Shown here piece by piece: positions 62,042 to 64,000 of a DNA stretch of 64,000 nt. Made by a program: the position numbers and the translations under genes. The notes beneath the pieces are model-generated. The model was not told where the DNA came from and did not search any database. It was given only the letters and a program-made list of their open reading frames with translations. The first letter of the stretch is position 1. Each line of letters begins with the position of its first letter. The stretch is from Pelomyxa schiedti (taxonomy: Eukaryota; Protista; Evosea): contig JAHLWZ010000625.1 in the NCBI GenBank assembly GCA_020536535.1, positions 1-64,000 on the forward strand, in the 5' to 3' direction.

Positions 62042-64000
62042 ATGCATCTGCAAAAGCGACACACTCACGCACCGGGGCCAGTAACATCTGCGGTTGGTGT
62101 TGTTGGTGAAGTGAATACCTTCGTCGGCGTTGGTGGCGACCCGTCTTTGTCGTACCAGGGCGGCGTTGTTGACCAACAACAAGCGGGAATTGGCATGGGA
62201 ATGGGAATACCTTACGGCGACCCTCAGTTCGATTTCCTGCTCGGTTTCGATTCCTCCTCGCAACAGCAACCCCTTCCTCTGGGTCTCTCACCAGGGACGC
62301 CACAACCTTTCGGGTCACCCTTACCTCTTTCGTCTGTGGGTTCCCCTACACAGCAAAATTTCATTCCTCAACAAAAGCAGCAGCAACATGAGTACCAAAA
62401 TAGCCAAGTATTACCGCTCCCTTTGGACGGAGAGTCCACTTCCCCCAGCTCTTCGAATGTGTCAACACCCGCCAATGGGACATCGGCTTGCAACACACCG
62501 AATGGAGCACAGCAAACTGATCAGTCACCTTTCTATCCTGACCCTGCTGGCATCGTGTCCAATATGCAAGGCGGTGAGACTTGGTTTGAGCCACAGCAAG
62601 ACTTCAGTGGACAACAATCCCTTCCTCAAAACGTCATTAACCAACAAATTCCGACAATGCAGTACCAGTTGCAACCACAGTACCAACTACCAGTTCCTGT
62701 GCTCCCGCAGAACTTGCATCCTTTCCCACAACCACCTCAAATTCAGTATCCTGTTCTACCACCTGCCGAAAATCCTCCAAGTGAAGTAAGCAATTATTTT
62801 ACATCCATATTATACTAAATCGAATAGAGATCACGGAAGCGCAGCAGGGTAGACCGTAACACCACGGATGCAGCTCTCACCATTCCGCCGGCTACAATCT
62901 CTAACAACTCCAATCAACCCCAGAGTTGCGTGCACCTTTTTACACCACCAGCCCTCAGCACACCTGCTCCCTCTCCCACAGTACTTCCGTTTCCACTCCA
63001 AATTCAACAGCCGTATCAACCTGGCACAGCACCCACCCCAACACCTGTAACCCCCATATTACCACAGACCTTCACTATACAGACAGAAGAAGATCTCACC
63101 CGGTTGAACAGCACACAAATCGAGGCATACATCAATGCTCTGAAACAAAGTGGCACTCTGGACCCTTCCCTGGAGCGCCGGTTGAGAAAAGCAAGGAGGT
63201 TTACTTCTACCACCATTTTTACCACGCTAAAACCAGAAAACCAATAGAGCAATAAAAAATCGCGAATACGCGCAGCAATCCCGCAACAAGAAAAAAGCAG
63301 CACAAGGCAACCTGGAATTGGAACTGAAACAAGCTCAGGCTGAGAATGCTACCCTGCGCAGTCTTAATGACCAATTAGAGACCGAAAACTCGAGGCTTAA
63401 GGCTCAGGTTTTTCTTTCCCTTTTTTAAACATGTTTCACGAACCCAACACCTTAAACAACAGTTGGAACACCTTACAGCTCTCGTTTCTCATCTCAACGC
63501 CACTGGAAGATCGGCGCACCCCAAGCCAAATCCGTCAACTCCTCAATTTCAAAAGTACATTTCTATTAATGCACCTGAAGTACTTAACAAAATTAAGGGC
63601 ACCTGTGTCGGTTGCTGCTTGCATTCTATCAGTTTTGTTCTTTGCAGTACTTGTTCACTTCCAAAGTCCTCAAATGGATCAAGACAAACAGTTGGCACTC
63701 AGTGGACATGTTTTATCGTAAGCTTTCCTTTTATTCAGTAGAAGTTTTAACACTTTTCCTGTAGGCCGCCTTCTGTAAGGACTCTTATGGAGGAAGGGCT
63801 GTCCCACCCACAGCACAGCATGTGGTGGGTGTCACATAGTCTATGGTGGCTTGTACCGGAACCCTTCCACATCAACGACGGAGCTCTGTCCTCCTGTGAG
63901 GACTCCATTTCCCCCGAGATACTTGCCAACTACACAGAGCGACTGGCCTGCCGCTGTCACAACTGTGCCTGCTGTGTTGACCCCATTATGTTTGGTACTC
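62042..64000 (+). CDS. Membrane-tethered bZIP transcription factor (ATF6/CREB3/bZIP28-like), runs off the window
   Basis: Q/P-rich N-terminus, RRLRKARR|AIKNREYAQQSRNKKK plus a leucine zipper, TM VSVAACILSVLFFAVLVHF, lumenal RTLM. Confidence 0.85.

Overview
Gene-dense eukaryotic DNA with many short introns (mostly 40-60 nt) and about 28 protein-coding loci. I found no rRNA, tRNA or CRISPR array. The gene content points to an anaerobic amoebozoan, most like a Pelomyxa-type archamoeba; this is inferred from the amoebozoan-type actin, the ADP-forming acetate-CoA ligase and the lineage-expanded orphan families. Recognisable genes: two actin loci (both at assembly gaps), a DUF4139 protein, an SH3-SH3-PX-BAR sorting nexin, a decayed glutathione synthetase fusion, a Ras/Rho-F-box-Hint(Vint) fusion, a PH protein, eIF2B-delta, a WD40 protein, IPP isomerase, SIMPL/DUF541, a Cys-less pentameric ligand-gated ion channel, an NRF-6-like acyltransferase, an EF-hand protein, a VAMP7-like SNARE, ADP-forming acetyl-CoA synthetase, a vWA-ankyrin-like protein and a membrane-tethered bZIP. 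The most unusual items are: (1) a non-coding array of about 780 bp with 14 hairpins of two types, showing conserved loops and compensatory stem changes (37571-38354); (2) a small GTPase-F-box protein ending in an apparently catalytically intact Hint/Vint autoprocessing domain; (3) a rod-like fold of about 240 nt conserved in both actin 3' UTRs; (4) a U12-type AT-AC intron in the IDI gene; (5) a pseudogenising PGM1-like ATP-grasp/glutathione synthetase fusion. Exon structures were read by eye, so multi-exon CDS coordinates are outer spans and some starts are uncertain.
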